Below, in pieces: positions 26,201 to 40,824 of a stretch of 64,000 nucleotides of DNA. A model generated the notes under the pieces. That model had not been told where the DNA came from. It was given only the letters and a program-made list of their open reading frames with translations, and ran no database searches. The position numbers were made by a program, and so were the translations under genes. Position 1 is the first letter of the stretch. Each line of letters begins with the position of its first letter. Source of the stretch: Geosiphon pyriformis uo1 (lineage: Eukaryota > Fungi > Glomeromycota); assembly GCA_016748015.1 (NCBI GenBank), contig JAAOMT010000531.1:186001-250000 (forward strand), read 5' to 3'.

Positions 26201-29200
26201 GTAAAACATTATAAGTACTGTAAGTTAAAGAAATTCTATCTAAAAGAATTTTGGAAAGAATTTTGCAAGCTGTTTCAATCAAAGCAATAGGACAGGTATT
26301 TGTAAGAACACCTTCCCATTCATATGGCTTAGGAATTATTGAAACTTATGCTTTCCTCCAAGATCCAGATACTAATTCATGAGTTAAACACAGATTCAAG
26401 AACACAGAAAACATATTCAAGACTGAGTTGTCACAGTGTTTCTACAATTCATTAAAGATGCCAAAAAGACCAGCTGCTTTTCTATTAGGCAGATTTAAGA
26501 CCACAGCAAATAATTTGTCAGAACCAATTAAACACATCACATTGAAAAATACACCATTAAAAACATAATCCAAAGGCTGATATTGGCAAATCCAATTATC
26601 AGAGATATCGAACACCACTCTATGTTTCCTAGTTCAACTCTCCATAATCTTATCTATTTTAGACTTAACCAAATCAGGCTCCAAAACCAACTCATTGTCT
26701 ACAACTAAGTGATCCAATACTACCTTGTGAAAAAGATGTTCCAATACACTTCTGATGATATGACCTTTATTTAATTCAAAACTTTTTATTCTACTGGTAA
26801 TGGTCTGTTTAATGTGAGATTCCTCAGCACACTTGAATTCCAGTAACTTGGAAGAATGGTAAAATTTCCTTGCTTTTGCCAATCCAGAACAAATAGCATC
26901 AAAAATAAAACCTGAAAGAAAAAAAGACTTTATTTCAGCTGCACCACTAGAGTCAAGCCTGTCCCATGTACCCAACAACAAAGCAAAATTTTCACTCGAA
27001 ACCAAATGAGAAGCTTTTACCAGCCTAAACACCAGCAACTTCAGTTTATGAAACTTAAAAGACACATTGGTAAAAACACTGTCATAATCTTTGAACCATT
27101 TTCTTTTAAATGTCCCATTGGTAGAAAAAACCATGACCCTATGAACAATATCCCATATTATATCCAGATCTAAAGACTTCTCAGCTGCTGTAAATGCACT
27201 TGAAAGCATAGCAGCATTAGCAGCTGTGGGATCCCTAAATTTACACCACTTCCTTTCATTGGCACTTTTAACATCAAATTTCCAATAATCTTTATTTACC
27301 TGCTTACACAGTGAAAACAGCTGAACATCTAACAAACTATCCAGACTCACAAAAACAGAAACAACTATGTGATCAGTATCAAAATAATCTACAACACTAG
27401 TTATATTGTAACCCACCATTGTATTGACCAAATTTAAGAAAATAAATACATAATCAATTGTCTTAGCAATTCCACAAGAATTGTACCACGTAGGTATCTT
27501 AGCAAATGAGCTTCTGGCCAAAAAATTGACCAGACCCAAATCAAAGCACTTTTTAAAGCTGGCATATTTATGAGATTCATTCTCATTGAAATCACCACTA
27601 AGAATAACAAAAAAAGATTTATTTATAGCCTTTGCAATAAGAAAATTGATGTCGCCAGCCTAAGAGAACCAAACTACCAAAGAAGCACCAGCATACAGCC
27701 CCAAAATTAACACAGAAAGCCTATTCTTAAAAAGCAACCTGACAGAAAGGATCCAACCAGGCACTTTAGAAACTTTGCACACATGACGAGCCAAAGAAAT
27801 GTCCATAATAATAGCAATGCCAGAATCTAGGTAATCAGAATTCACCTTAGAAGTGAAGACATGAACACCATCAAACTTGTTCATAATCCATAGATAAACC
27901 TTATCCTTCAATTTAGTCTCAGTAACAATAGAAATCAAATTGTTCATTCTTTTATGCCAATAAATTATATCACCCTGCTTTGCAGGATTGTTCATCTCTC
28001 TGACATTACATGTAGCAATTTTCCAAATTAAATCAATCATTGAAATAAAAGAGGAGCTAATAAACCTAAACTAAAACACAAAAAGTCTAATCTTGTTAAT
28101 ACTAAACTGACTGAAACTTCCAGAGCTATTATCTTCAATTCCAAACCACCTATCTTGGTAATAAGAATCTTTGAGCTGCTCAAACTTAGTTCAGAAATAG
28201 CATTTCCAACCACTAAAAGAGAAGGAGAAGAAAGCACCACCACACTATCCACAGCCATATTTGAATTTAAAGCTGAGTTCAAGAGAGAAACAGCAATAGG
28301 GGAGGGGACACAAGATGGAGATAACATTGGCATTAACTCCACAAAGTTCAATTTTCTCAAAATCTCAGAAACCTGATCTGACAAAAGCTCCATGGAGCAC
28401 TCCAAAGAAGCCATGCAGTCAGCCAAACTAGAATCATCGAGAGGATTGGAAGCCAACACTAAAAGTTTTGTACTTAAAAATAAACCAGTACCAGAAAAAA
28501 CTGATAAAGCCACACAGAAAAGAGAGCCACCTGCAATTTGAGCCCAAGTTTTTCCACCAAAAGATGCTGGACAAGCAACCAAAGTCTGTTTTCTCTTATA
28601 AATATTAACTAGACGGACCTAATCCTAAGAGAATACCATCCACTTATGATAAACTTCAGAAATCTTACCAACTGAACACATATTAGAAATATGACCAAAT
28701 TGTTCACACTTGGTGTAACAAGCCAAAGAAAAACCAGCCCAATGCAAATTCACACCCTTATAAACTGGAACAAAATCAATAGCAACCAATTTGGATGCTT
28801 CATTAGCAAAACACACTACTGCACATTTATTATACACATATGAACTGGGGTTATGACCAATAAAACAAGTTTTTCCACCATATAATTTTATCAAATCAGA
28901 AAGATCATGTGCCATAGTGCTTATTGGCAAGGTGTACAATAAAGTCTGATGGCAATCTTTTACTACTCATGATTCTTTGTCATTCACAACCAATGCAACA
29001 CAAACAGAATCTTTACTTATAAGAACTGACTATTTGAAAGCAACTGAGCTAGCCATATCTGATGACACAAATTTCACTAAAGCTTTTTGCCAAAGCCCAA
29101 TTAGTTGCATTCTAATCAAAATTACTTGACCAAATTTAAAGAACACTGACACAATTACTGATTTGGAAAGATCCACTGAGATCTTTTTGACTATCACTTT

Positions 29201-30110
29201 CTGATCTGAGTGGCTGTTTGGTTTCCTAACATTAATATTTACCAAAAAATTTTTACTGATTGCCATTTTCTTGGCTTTAATTAAACTTAATTCGAAATAA
29301 AAGAAGATCTAATGATGTCTGGGAGTTTTGAAGGAGCAAATGCCCCCAAAACCATCGACCTTATAAAAAAAATTTTTTACAGCAATTAACTTGTCACCAA
29401 TAGTCTTGTCAGGCAAGACAGAAATTCCAATATCCAATGCGAATAACTTAACTGAATCAAAAATATGCTTATCTGATGCATATGATCTGACAGAGTGTAA
29501 TTTTTTGGAGCCTGCAAACTTAGGAGATGGAAGAGCCATCATATCATCATTATCACTTAAAACATTGAATAAAAGAGTTTTCGGGGATTAACTTAATACG
29601 TATGTACAAATACATGTTTTCCTGGAAGTAATGTCATTTTCTATGTCATTGATTATAGAAGTGTCTGAGTTAGCATAACTAGTTTCCTCAGTGATGGTAT
29701 TTTTTATGTTCTCCAAGTCTGACAGATCACTCATACTACTTGCCTCACTTTCCATTTTGCTGCCCCAAGATCTCGAAAACTTACCATCAGTATCACTAAT
29801 ATTAGCCAGGCCCAGTGGACTAGCAGATGAATCAACCACTCTGATGCTGACTTTGAAATTCTTAGGCTTCTTATAAGATGTGCTACAAGAGTACACACTA
29901 TTAACTCTCTTTTTTTTGCATCAGGCTGGGTCCTCAAATCAGCAGAAGTAGATCCAGAGCTACCAGCAACAGGACTCGTCAGTTTCATGTTCATGAATAA
30001 AGATACATTTGAAGAAATAGTTGAAAGTATGAAGGGAGAAGGAAGTAGGAAAAACTTTTTTTTCAGCAATATCTTGCTCTCATTGTGATCCCAAAAACTT
30101 TATTTTTTAC
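23253..30110 (-). mobile_element. Near-full-length LINE copy 2 (diverged subfamily), inactivated by stops and a few frameshifts
   Basis: Minus-strand ORF2 starts at 28040 (MIDLIWKIATCNV; IDYVF; DTDH; KAYDSVGW; GAFVND; VYTDG; KSHSGVFSNKHAN). ORF1 fragments span 28037-30069. The 3' UTR (gaccagccactcagaccaatc at ~23351) and poly(T) at ~23253 mark the 3' end. Confidence 0.92.
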
Positions 30111-31531
30111 AAGAAGAAAAGTTGTATTTAAAACACTAAAAAAAAGTTTTAATATTTTAAAAAGTTAATATTAGATATAGCAAAGATTTAAAAGAGTTTT
30201 TTTAAATTAATTTGATTTTTCTAAGTATTTTAGTAACAATAAAAAAAAACAAAAGAAAATATAACTTAATTATTGGTTTTTTATCAAAAATTTTGGAGTT
30301 TTTTGAAAAACAAAAATTATATTAAATAGATTTTTTTAAAAAAAACTTTAAACCAATAAAAAAACAGTTTATTATTATATTATTTAAAAAAAAACTTTTA
30401 CAAAGTGCTGTCAAGTAGTTTTAACAGTTATAAGTGTATTATTGATAAACATTTTATTAAATACAATTTTTTTACTCTTTGCTTTAATTGTAATTATAAA
30501 AATATAAAAGAAAAAATTTATTTACTAATATTAAATTTAATATAAAAACCAGATTTTAAATAAGTAAAATTGTTTTTAATAATAAAAATTTAAATTACTG
30601 TATTTATAAAATAAATATATTAAACCTGTTTTTTAATTCTTTATTATTAACTTAATGTGTTCTTAATGTAAATTTAAGTAACTAGTTATATGTAAAAAAT
30701 ACATAAATTATATTTATAATTATTATTATTATGTAGTTATAGTAAATAGCAATTAAATTATATTTTAATAAAATTGTTGTTTAGAAAACTTATTCTTTAT
30801 AAGAAGAATATAAAAAAATATTGTTAAACTTAAATAAGTTGTTAAAAATAAGAAATTAAATAATGTAAATTTTAACCTAACTATTAATAAAAAACCAAAA
30901 TTTGAAATAATAAATTATTAAAAAAACAACAAACCAAGCAACATAATAAAAAATATACATAATAAAATCAATCAACTTAATATTTTATGTTTCAATTAGC
31001 AAAACCTAAAAGTAAAATAGATTTATTAGTGACCAAAAAAAATTATAAATTTTTAAAACAACTTTATATGTAGTGTATTTTTTAAAAGAATTAATAATTA
31101 AATTAATAATGAAGATAATAATAAAGACAAGAAATAAATCAAAAATCATATTATAAATAAATAAGTAATTAAAATTAATATGCTAAATTAATATAAATTA
31201 ACAAAATAAGCATTTTTAATGTTTAAAAATACATAAATATGTATTTATTTTATAAAATTTAATATCTTTTAAAGTTTAAAATAAAGGCACCAGAATCGAG
31301 TACAACTTTTATTGAAACGTGCTGCAACTATTTGCAACTATTTTTTTTAGAGGGGTTTCGGCCCCAAAATAATTCTATATTTGTTTACAAGTCAATTTTT
31401 TTATTTGACAATATGTTCTAAAAGGGAAAAAATTCTTTTTTACTGCTTTATGTTGTTTATTACATCCAAGACTTTGTAATGTTATTTGATAAAATAAGAA
31501 ATTAAAGATCGGAGTTTCGTATACTTTATTT

Positions 31532-32675
31532 TTGATATTTAACCCACTTTTATAGCCTCTTGAAATAAAATTGATAATCGGTATTTAAATTTAGAATTAA
31601 ATTCTTTCATAGATTTTTATAATTTATTTTGAAAATAGGCATTCCAATTGAGTAGTGATCTAATAAAAAGATATCAACCGAATATAGATAAATATTTCTA
31701 TTTTAAAAAGATGTCTAGTTTGTATTTTCTACCCTAAATTACTAGCTCTAAAATATATTTAAGTGGGACAAACAGAAGGAGAACTATTTGGATTAACAAT
31801 CCCGGTAAATTCCTCAGTAGGGAAAGTGCAAGTATCCCCGGCTGAGGTTAAAGCTGTAGTCAGGAAATGATAAGTTCCAGTTTTAGGCGATTCGCCTAGA
31901 TTCAACTGAAAATAGGGCGTATAGAAAGTATCTGCGGTCGAGATTGAACCACTGTATTGACTTTTTACTAGATTACCCGAAGAATCAACTAAATCAATAT
32001 TTGTGACAGTTTTAACATCACTTGATCCGACGTTAAAAGATACTTGGTAGCATTGACCTAGATTAAATGAAAGTGGAATAAATTAGAAACTGCCAAAGAA
32101 ATTTATGATAGATTATTGATATTTGAAAAATACCATTGGTGAAACTTAGATTAGGCTGAACCNNNNNNNNNNNNNNNNNNNNTGAAATTAGTTGTCAATC
32201 CTTAATATTATCAAAAATGATGAACCCACCGCTGCTTGAATTATTAATATCTATACCATAGAAATTATTTCGTCAATATTTTGATCTCCTTAAAAGGACT
32301 TCTTTGTTTCATGAATTCTTGTACTTTTTTCTAAGCCACATATATGTTTTGTCCATTTCTATTTAAAATTACATATTTTGATTCAAATCCAGCATTATGT
32401 TTGGAAGTTAAAATTAAATTTGGGAATTATCAAGAAAGAAGCCAAGAGAAAGTATTTTTTATTTATTATTAAAGACCAAATGTATCTATTGATAGTCAAC
32501 ACTGCCTGATTTCTTTTAAAGTTTGCAAAAAATCATTACTCTATCTATCTGTTTATCTATCTATTTATGATAATTTGAATGAGAGAACAGAAAATCATGA
32601 TATATTTCTAAACTTGGAAGAGATCGCGATAAATAGTGAAGTTACTAACTATTCTCAATTTATTTATGGAAATCA
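31532..32675 (-). repeat. Left arm of inverted segmental duplication (partner 41117-42989)
   Basis: Near-identical reverse complement covering the upstream region, gene and 3' flank. It differs by a handful of substitutions and a ~60-bp indel (42782-42842). Confidence 0.88.
31759..32162 (-). CDS. Small secreted Cys protein, inverted paralog (exon 2 32057-31759, intron 32133-32058, most of exon 1 hidden by N gap)
   Basis: Reverse complement of 41895-42274/42295-42698. The C-terminus is NSSPSVCPT* versus NSPPSVCPA* in the + copy. Confidence 0.78.
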
Positions 32676-32956
32676 TTGGAGATTAAATGTTCACATATTT
32701 TTTATCAAACACTAATTCATATTTACGTCAACTTGAATCTGTATGGTCTATGGTTTTTGAAATTCAACGACTAAATCTCAATATGTCTGAAAATCAGATT
32801 TGATGCTAATTATTAATTTCTGCCACTTAGATTATCGCGCGGAACATTTGCAAATTTTTGAAATTTGAAATTTTTTTTTACATATATTTCTCTTTCAAGT
32901 CTTTTTTAAGTTATTTAAGTTTTAAAAAAACAGCCAATTAAGTGAGACACAGAAAT

Positions 32957-33697
32957 NNNNNNNNNNNNNNNNNNNNNNNNNNNNNNNNNNNNNNNNNNNN
33001 NNNNNNNNNNNNNNNNNNNNNNNNNNNNNNNNNNNNNNNNNNNNNNNNNNNNNNNNNNNNNNNNNNNNNNNNNNNNNNNNNNNNNNNNNNNNNNNNNNNN
33101 NNNNNNNNNNNNNNNNNNNNNNNNNNNNNNNNNNNNNNNNNNNNNNNNNNNNNNNNNNNNNNNNNNNNNNNNNNNNNNNNNNNNNNNNNNNNNNNNNNNN
33201 NNNNNNNNNNNNNNNNNNNNNNNNNNNNNNNNNNNNNNNNNNNNNNNNNNNNNNNNNNNNNNNNNNNNNNNNNNNNNNNNNNNNNNNNNNNNNNNNNNNN
33301 NNNNNNNNNNNNNNNNNNNNNNNNNNNNNNNNNNNNNNNNNNNNNNNNNNNNNNNNNNNNNNNNNNNNNNNNNNNNNNNNNNNNNNNNNNNNNNNNNNNN
33401 NNNNNNNNNNNNNNNNNNNNNNNNNNNNNNNNNNNNNNNNNNNNNNNNNNNNNNNNNNNNNNNNNNNNNNNNNNNNNNNNNNNNNNNNNNNNNNNNNNNN
33501 NNNNNNNNNNNNNNNNNNNNNNNNNNNNNNNNNNNNNNNNNNNNNNNNNNNNNNNNNNNNNNNNNNNNNNNNNNNNNNNNNNNNNNNNNNNNNNNNNNNN
33601 NNNNNNNNNNNNNNNNNNNNNNNNNNNNNNNNNNNNNNNNNNNNNNNNNNNNNNNNNNNNNNNNNNNNNNNNNNNNNNNNNNNNNNNNNNNNNNNNA
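32957..33697. other. Assembly gap (N run); 20-N gaps also at 2546, 7309, 32163, 40088 and 42275
   Basis: Runs of n. Confidence 0.99.
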
Positions 33698-33957
33698 ATC
33701 AAACATACATGGCACTTTTTTAAAATAATATAATTTTCACTCAAAAAAACATACATAAGTCTTAAGTGAATAGACGAATGAAAAACATTTTGTGATTCTT
33801 AGATAATTAAATACTTAAAACTTTTTGTTTTAATTGGGCGGGTACAATTTTTTCTGCATTTAGTCAAGAATCTTTACAAAGAATTTTAAACTAGCATTAG
33901 TTTCTTATCAATCCTTTTTTTATTTGTTGTAACGTTTTCGTCATTGTCAAAATTCTG

Positions 33958-33974
33958 ATTATTATTATTATTAG

Positions 33975-34009
<35 letters not shown>

Positions 34010-34010
34010 G

Positions 34011-34100
<90 letters not shown>
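33958..34100. repeat. (ATT)n-(ATC)n compound microsatellite
   Basis: Direct reading. Confidence 0.95.
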
Positions 34101-35134
34101 TTTGAGAATTTTAGACATCATGAGATCAAAAATCCAATTAATTTTGTGATTCAAAAATCCCTGAATTCCCAAAGGTCATTTATGAGTTCCTTAAACCGTG
34201 GAAAGAATCACAGAAACCTTGGAATATCATTTCTTTTTGGTCTTGATTTCGATAGGATCATCTTTTTTGAAAATTCTAGTTAATTTAAAACGAAAATTGT
34301 GTCATTGAACATTAGGGAAAAATTTGGACCCTTCTTTCTTAATCAATATATAGGAATCTGAAAAGGGTCAGGGAAAATGACTCAAATGTCAATGCTAAAA
34401 TGGCGTGAATTGTATAATTTGGAAAAAAATATATGGTAAGGTTTAATAAACTTGAACAAGAAAACTGGACATGCACAAAACAACTTTAATTTATTTCGGA
34501 AAATAATAAACACCGTGATAAAACATTAATAACGCTTATCAAATCTCTTGTAATCCCATTTATCGGTACCTATCAATGCTACATGCTCTGACAATGATAT
34601 CAATAAGAAGCTTTCTTATTTCCCAATTTTAGGTTTCTAACAAAGCTCCTGGCAATGGATAAAATTTTTTACATTGTTCTTGAATTTTTACTAGTTACCC
34701 ATTGAAATTGTCACTAGTTGTCTTAATAAACCCATCAAAAAGACGTTTGTTGAAATGAAAATCACCACAATTAATTGTATTTGTTACTTGAAATTTTAAC
34801 TCAATTACAAACCATCTTCTGTTAAAACCCGTTCAACTTTAGGCAACAAAAAAATTTCCCAAGATTTTCAAGAAATGAAACCAAGTTTTTGTCACTTTAA
34901 TAGCCTATTTATTCTTCTTGCTACCAACATTTTTCTTTCCTGCTCTTTTCAAGGGATTACTTAAAATTATTCACAGCTTCTTACTATTTCCTCACGTTTG
35001 TTTCTATTCATTCATTCATTCATTCATTCATTCAAATCACATTTTAAAATTTTTAATTTTCAACTTTCCTTTATTTAAGTATCATATGTATGTAAAAAAT
35101 TTTCTCCCAATCCAACAACCAGTAGAAAACCCTG

Positions 35135-36916
35135 ATGAACAGACTTAACATACCACATTTTTATTACGTTGTTCTGCTGCTTTTATTTCTTTTTAAATGG
35201 GGAAATACCACAGACCCAAATTTTAGTCAGAGCATAACGTCAACAACTCTTTCTACACCATCAGAGACTATAACCGCATCACAATTGCCTTTAACAACTG
35301 AGTTAACTAATGTCATCAATGTTAACCCCCAATCAACGGTTACAGAAAAAAATTCGCCATCTTCAACAAAAACTTCACCAACATCTTTAAATGTAATTGA
35401 TAAAACCCTTTTTCAATGTCCCCCACCACTCATCGTAAGCAATTCTACCTCAGACAATTGTATGCAAGGCTGTTGTCTTCCTTGCCCGGCGGCACACATA
35501 TTTTACAAAGAAGGAGAAATCGAAAAGATCTATCAAATACTTATGATTTTTCGCTTGATTTCATTTGCATGTATGGGAATTATCGTGTTGAGCTATTTGT
35601 TACTTCCGAATAAACGTGACCATCCGGCGTTGACTGTCCTTGTATTTTCATTGAGCTTGTTGATATTTCTGGCGGTAACTTTTTTCTATGTGCCCAGTTC
35701 AAGACGCGTCCAATGCGCTGATGAGGTGACTCAATCTACTATGGAAAATAATCCATTCTTTTGTGGAGTACAAGGTAATTTGTTATCCATGAAATTGAGA
35801 TGATTTAAAATGAAAAATAATCAAGACGGTTACCATCTCCCGATTTTATTTTCAAATTCCCTTTCTGGAAATTTTTTCTAAAACCCTTTAACTTTTACAA
35901 TGTTTAGGAATCATATTGATTTTTTCGCTATGGAGTTTAGCTCTTTGGTGTTCTCTTTTGATTTTAAATTTACACTTGCAAAGTGTTTGGCGATCAAATT
36001 TCATTGAATACCATTACAAATTGTGCCACGTTTTTGTCTGGTCGCTTGTCACAATCTTTACAGTTCTCCCAGCCGTCACCAAGAAGATTAACTTCGAATT
36101 CGGGGCGGTATGTCGCGTTAGTGAAACTCATGCAAATTGGTTCTTTTGGAACCCATTGGGGTTCTTTGTTTTTCCTGGATTCTTATTACACATTTGGACT
36201 TTTATTCATATTGCGAAGGTAGCTATTTAGAAAATTCTTGAATTACGTGTTAAATTATTAAAATCTCAAACGATAATAAATATCTTTCTTTTACTTGTGT
36301 ACAGGTTCAACTACAAATGACCCCTACTAATCAAAGCATCACCACTTCACGCTCAATCACAAGATCGGACACAATTATCAGTAATCTTGAAGTAGTGAGG
36401 GCTTTCAAATTGCAATGGCGTGCTCTTTTACTCGCTCTTCTCTATATCTCAACTTTCATTATTTTCTGGGTAGGTATCTAAATAGCATTTATTCTTTACT
36501 TTTCAATTGAACTTTTAAATAGAAAACCTTAATCTTTTATTTCAATCAAATAGCTATTTATGAAATTCGAAGCATCCAAACTGGTACCACTCTTGCACAG
36601 ATCCCCTGCAGACCCTCTACCATTATGGTTCCAACAATGGTTAATGTGTCTTCAGTTACCAAATGGCAATCAAGATTTCTGTTCACAAATTTCAAAACCA
36701 CATATTCCTAGGACTCAATCGATCATAATAGCCGAGTTAATAACTGCTCTTCTTGGGATTAATGTGTTCATTGTATTTGGTACTCATAGAAATCTGTGGG
36801 CTGAGTGGCGAGAATTCTTTGTTAAATTGTCCGGAAGGGCTGGGCGTATACGAACATTGCCAAGCGAACATGAGCTTGAGGTAAATATTAAAGATACTTA
36901 CAAACATTACAAATAA
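35135..36916 (+). CDS. Frizzled/Smoothened-like 7TM receptor (GPCR), ~492 aa; exons 35135-35774, 35908-36218, 36305-36469, 36554-36916
   Basis: Three GT..AG introns give a continuous 1479-nt frame. The protein has an N-terminal hydrophobic signal, a Ser/Thr stalk, a Cys linker (CPPPL...CMQGCCLPCP), seven hydrophobic segments, extracellular-loop Cys residues and an FKLQWRALLL motif before TM6. Confidence 0.85.
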
Positions 36917-37432
36917 GCCTTATTAATGTATAGATTTTTCAAAAGATAATGTAGATTTGCCTAGATGTGAAAATGAATGTCTGATATTTTAGATTCCAAA
37001 ATCTTTTTGAAGAGTTATTTTAATCTATCTTCAAGGATTTCCTATTGAAGGATGAAAATTTTATTAATTGTAGATACATGAATGAAATATTAAAATAAAT
37101 AATTTTCTGAGTTGTATAATTTTTTAATGAGAAAATATATTTCAAGCAAAACCTAATATTCTTAAAAGAATCTCAAATAATATTTTTCGAAATAAACTAA
37201 TAGAATATTCTATCACATCGCCTTTGTTATATATTTTGATTAAGTATACATATAGATTTTTGTAATTCACTTTGGTTTTTGATTGATCATTAAAATTGCC
37301 GGCTGAAGCAAAAAATTTGATTCTTTAATTAACTCTTAAAACCTGATTTTTTTGCTTTTTTTTACTATTGTCTTTTAATCTGTCTTTCAAAGTTTACACA
37401 CTTGTTGGACTATAACAAACACGCAAAACACC

Positions 37433-39452
37433 ATGGCTGTTGTTGAAGATATTAAACGTCAATTAGAGGTGGCTACGACCCATTATGAGAGATGCGTGTA
37501 GGAGCTGAAGGAGTTTAGGAAGGGTGAGAAGGGAGATAGATTAGAAGAGTTGAAGAAGAGGCTGAGAGAAGAGGAGTATGTGAACGAAAAGGAAATGAAA
37601 AAGTGGATAAAAGAGAAGGAAGAGCTGGAAGAAGAAGTGAAGGAGCTAAAAGTAGACAAGAACAAGTGGATAGAGGAGATGCAAAAATGGGCAGAAAAAC
37701 TACGTGCAGCAACAGATGATACAGGTAACTTGAGACATAGAGTAGATTTGTAAATTCACTTTCCCATCCATACCATCTATATTACTATTCATTCATTTTG
37801 TAATCATATGCGTTTTATCGAAGGAATATCCATATTTAAGAGAATATTTGGTGTATAACGCTTATCTCTTTCTATTTCTATGGTTATTCTAGAACACCTT
37901 GCGAAGCGTGCTAGACTTGACATGCCTAACAACACCACACCATTTCTAAAACTTCTCTGTCGTCCCTTCGATGAACCAATTACACGCAGCAATCTTGAAC
38001 ACTGTTTTACCTCAAAGTTACTTCAAAAATTGCCAGCTGAACCCTGTCTTTGCCGGAGCCTTGAGGATTATCTTGTACCTAAATGTTCAGAAGCTCTCTA
38101 CAATGTTCCTAGATTGAGTGCAATCGTCAGTACCATTTTAAGCAAGTCCTTCACAGAGTGTGTCGGACAAGAAGAACGGACCACAGATGGTATCAATGAT
38201 CACATTTTGGACATGATTACATTTTTCAGCCAATATATCGCAACTCCATCGCTAAGATGGAATCGTAATGGAATAATAAAAGATACGAGTACCATCACAG
38301 AAAACAAAGCTCGGCTAGATATCACAGTTTATTCCAACGACTTGCTTGTAATGATTGGTGAAGAAAAAGATGTTAAGGGCAAGTTATTAATCACAGCAGA
38401 ACAACTGGATGATTATTTTCAATTTTGGAATCCACTTGCCTTCCGTAACTTACCATTTGTTATAGCGTTTGCAGCGGGGTGTACAAGTTTGCAATTTTAT
38501 TATCACTACGTGGACGATACAACGGGCTTGAAACCAAGACGTGAGGCAATTGGTGAACGTCTGATGCTTGAAAGTGTAAACCGAGGATTCAATTATCGAG
38601 CACTTCAGTACACAATCAATTTTATTCGGGTCCTTCAGACTTTGTCTCAAGATCAGTACATTGAAGCTTCAATATTAAAGCTATTCGATGAGGTCAAACG
38701 GTCAAATGGTAGTGTTATAATATTCCCCGAAAATATCATTAAAAAAATAAATAAGTCAAGCATTGTTAATCTAAAATTCCATAAAGAATTTTACGAAAAC
38801 ACGCTTCCATACTTAGGGCCAATCAGGGTTCTTGATTATAAAGTTTCAAGTTACTTAATGATAGTAAAATTGACTCCAGTTGGCACTACCGTAATTCCTA
38901 AACGTGAACCGAGCTGCGAGATGCTATATGGTATGTACTTGTAACACTAGAAAAACTTCATAAGATGAACGTCGTCCATCGGGATATTTGCTGGGATAAT
39001 GTTTTAAACTCCAGGATGTTAATTGACTTTGAAGAAGCTGCTCCCTTAGGAGGTTTAAGGTGCAGTGAGATAAAAGAATTTCGACTTACGGTTAGACATA
39101 TTTGCTAATTGTTACTTTATAAAGAACCCCATTGTTTCTAGGAGCTCCAGAATTTAAATCGGGGCGAGACTTGTGTAGCGCTGCAGGCGATATATGGATG
39201 GTTGGAAATCTTTTCAAACATTCTAGAATTTACAACCATATTCCACTTTCTTCATCCGCTCAAAAGTTTAGGAAAAAATTGATGAACGAAAATCCTAATA
39301 GTCGACCGACTGCAGATGATGCTCTAAAAGATGGGTGGTTTAATTTGCAAGAGGAACAATTATCTATAATGCAAACTTTGACTTTTAAACACCCCATATT
39401 AAATGCACTGATGTACAATTATGTTATAAAAGAATTTCAATACCAAAAGTAG
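37433..39452 (+). pseudogene. Crinkler/RHS-like protein: coiled-coil header + restriction-endonuclease-like domain + protein kinase; inactivated
   Basis: Exon 1 (37433-37724) has an in-frame TAG at 37499-37501, followed by intron 37725-37892. Exon 2 has AKRARL and the PD-(D/E)xK-like RLDITVYSNDLLVMIGEEK. After a frameshift at ~38905-38912 come VHRDICWDNVL..LIDFEEA, then GAPE, DIWMVG and NPNSRPTADDALKDGWF. Confidence 0.78.
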
Positions 39453-40107
39453 TAGATCCTAAATATGTGTGTTTTTTGAAAGTTCTTGAATTTAATAAAA
39501 TAAAGATTTTCAAATATTAAGAAATATTTTTCCCAATTTCACTCATAAATATAATTTTCGAACTGTTGTCATTAGGCAAAAGATTACAAAAATAAATTCA
39601 TTTTATTTTAAACTTGAAAGCATTTTTATAAATTATTTTAAAAACCCAAAATCTCTTTCAATTGATATTTTCATTGATATTTGGTGCACATCAATAGTAT
39701 ATCTACATGAAAATAACAAACATAAGAAATAATTTTTTAATTGTATGAATTAGACAATTTAATTAATTTAATTTTTGGTGGTAATTTAAACTATTTAAAA
39801 ATTTTATTATTAAATTAGATTCTTAATAGAAAATATAATTTTTTATGCAAACTCAAATTTAACAATTTAATAATTATATTTGAATTAAGAATATACCAAA
39901 AACTGGCAATTTTTTTATAAACACTTATAATAAAACTAATAACTAAAAGGAAACCTATTTTTTATTAATAATTCAATTTGTAACAATTTATAAATATAAT
40001 TAAATACAATAATTATATTATACAATATATTAATAACTTAAAAATTTGTGCTAAAATCTAAAATAATACTACATAAAAAATTTACTTNNNNNNNNNNNNN
40101 NNNNNNN

Positions 40108-40199
<92 letters not shown>

Positions 40200-40201
<2 letters not shown>

Positions 40202-40820
40202 GCGAAAAGTTTCGAAATTTTTAACAAAAAACCAGTAGTAAAGCTACTGTTTCTTCAAATTACTTTTATTACTATTTTTTAAATGGTCAAAAAGAAAGCA
40301 ACAAAAAAGCAATTACCAATTATAATGCTTAATTTTATTTTCACTATAAACAACAATTTTTTTTTAGTTTTAAATATAGTAATAACAACATATTTTTCAT
40401 AACAAACATGAATTAATATTTGGCTATATTGTTTAATACAAATAGTTTTAATTAGTTATTGCTAGTTTTAAAAACAAAACAAAAGCTGTTTTTTAGTTTT
40501 TGCCTGGTTTTATTAATACTAAATTAATTATAAAGCTCTTTTACATAAAACTGTATTTCAAAAATTCTTGAATATTGCTATTAAGATTAAGCTTGCTAAA
40601 TCTATTTTTTTTAATAACATCAATAAAATTACTGTTATTAAGTTAAAATTTACTTGGCTTATCTTAAAAAACTTTTGACACTGCTGTAATTAAAACTAGT
40701 ACTTTAAAAAAAGTTATATTTAATAAAAAACTTATAAATATTGCACTGCTATAGGTGTTAAAGTTTTAACTATTTGGCTTTAGTTTATAAAGGTTCTTTT
40801 TGGTTTATAAAAGTGTTTAC
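40200..40820. repeat. Less-eroded copy of the ghost repeat family
   Basis: 40681-40790 (taattaaaactagtactttaaaaaaagttatatttaataaaa) matches 20475-20580 and 21285-21330. Confidence 0.55.
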
Positions 40821-40824
40821 TCAA

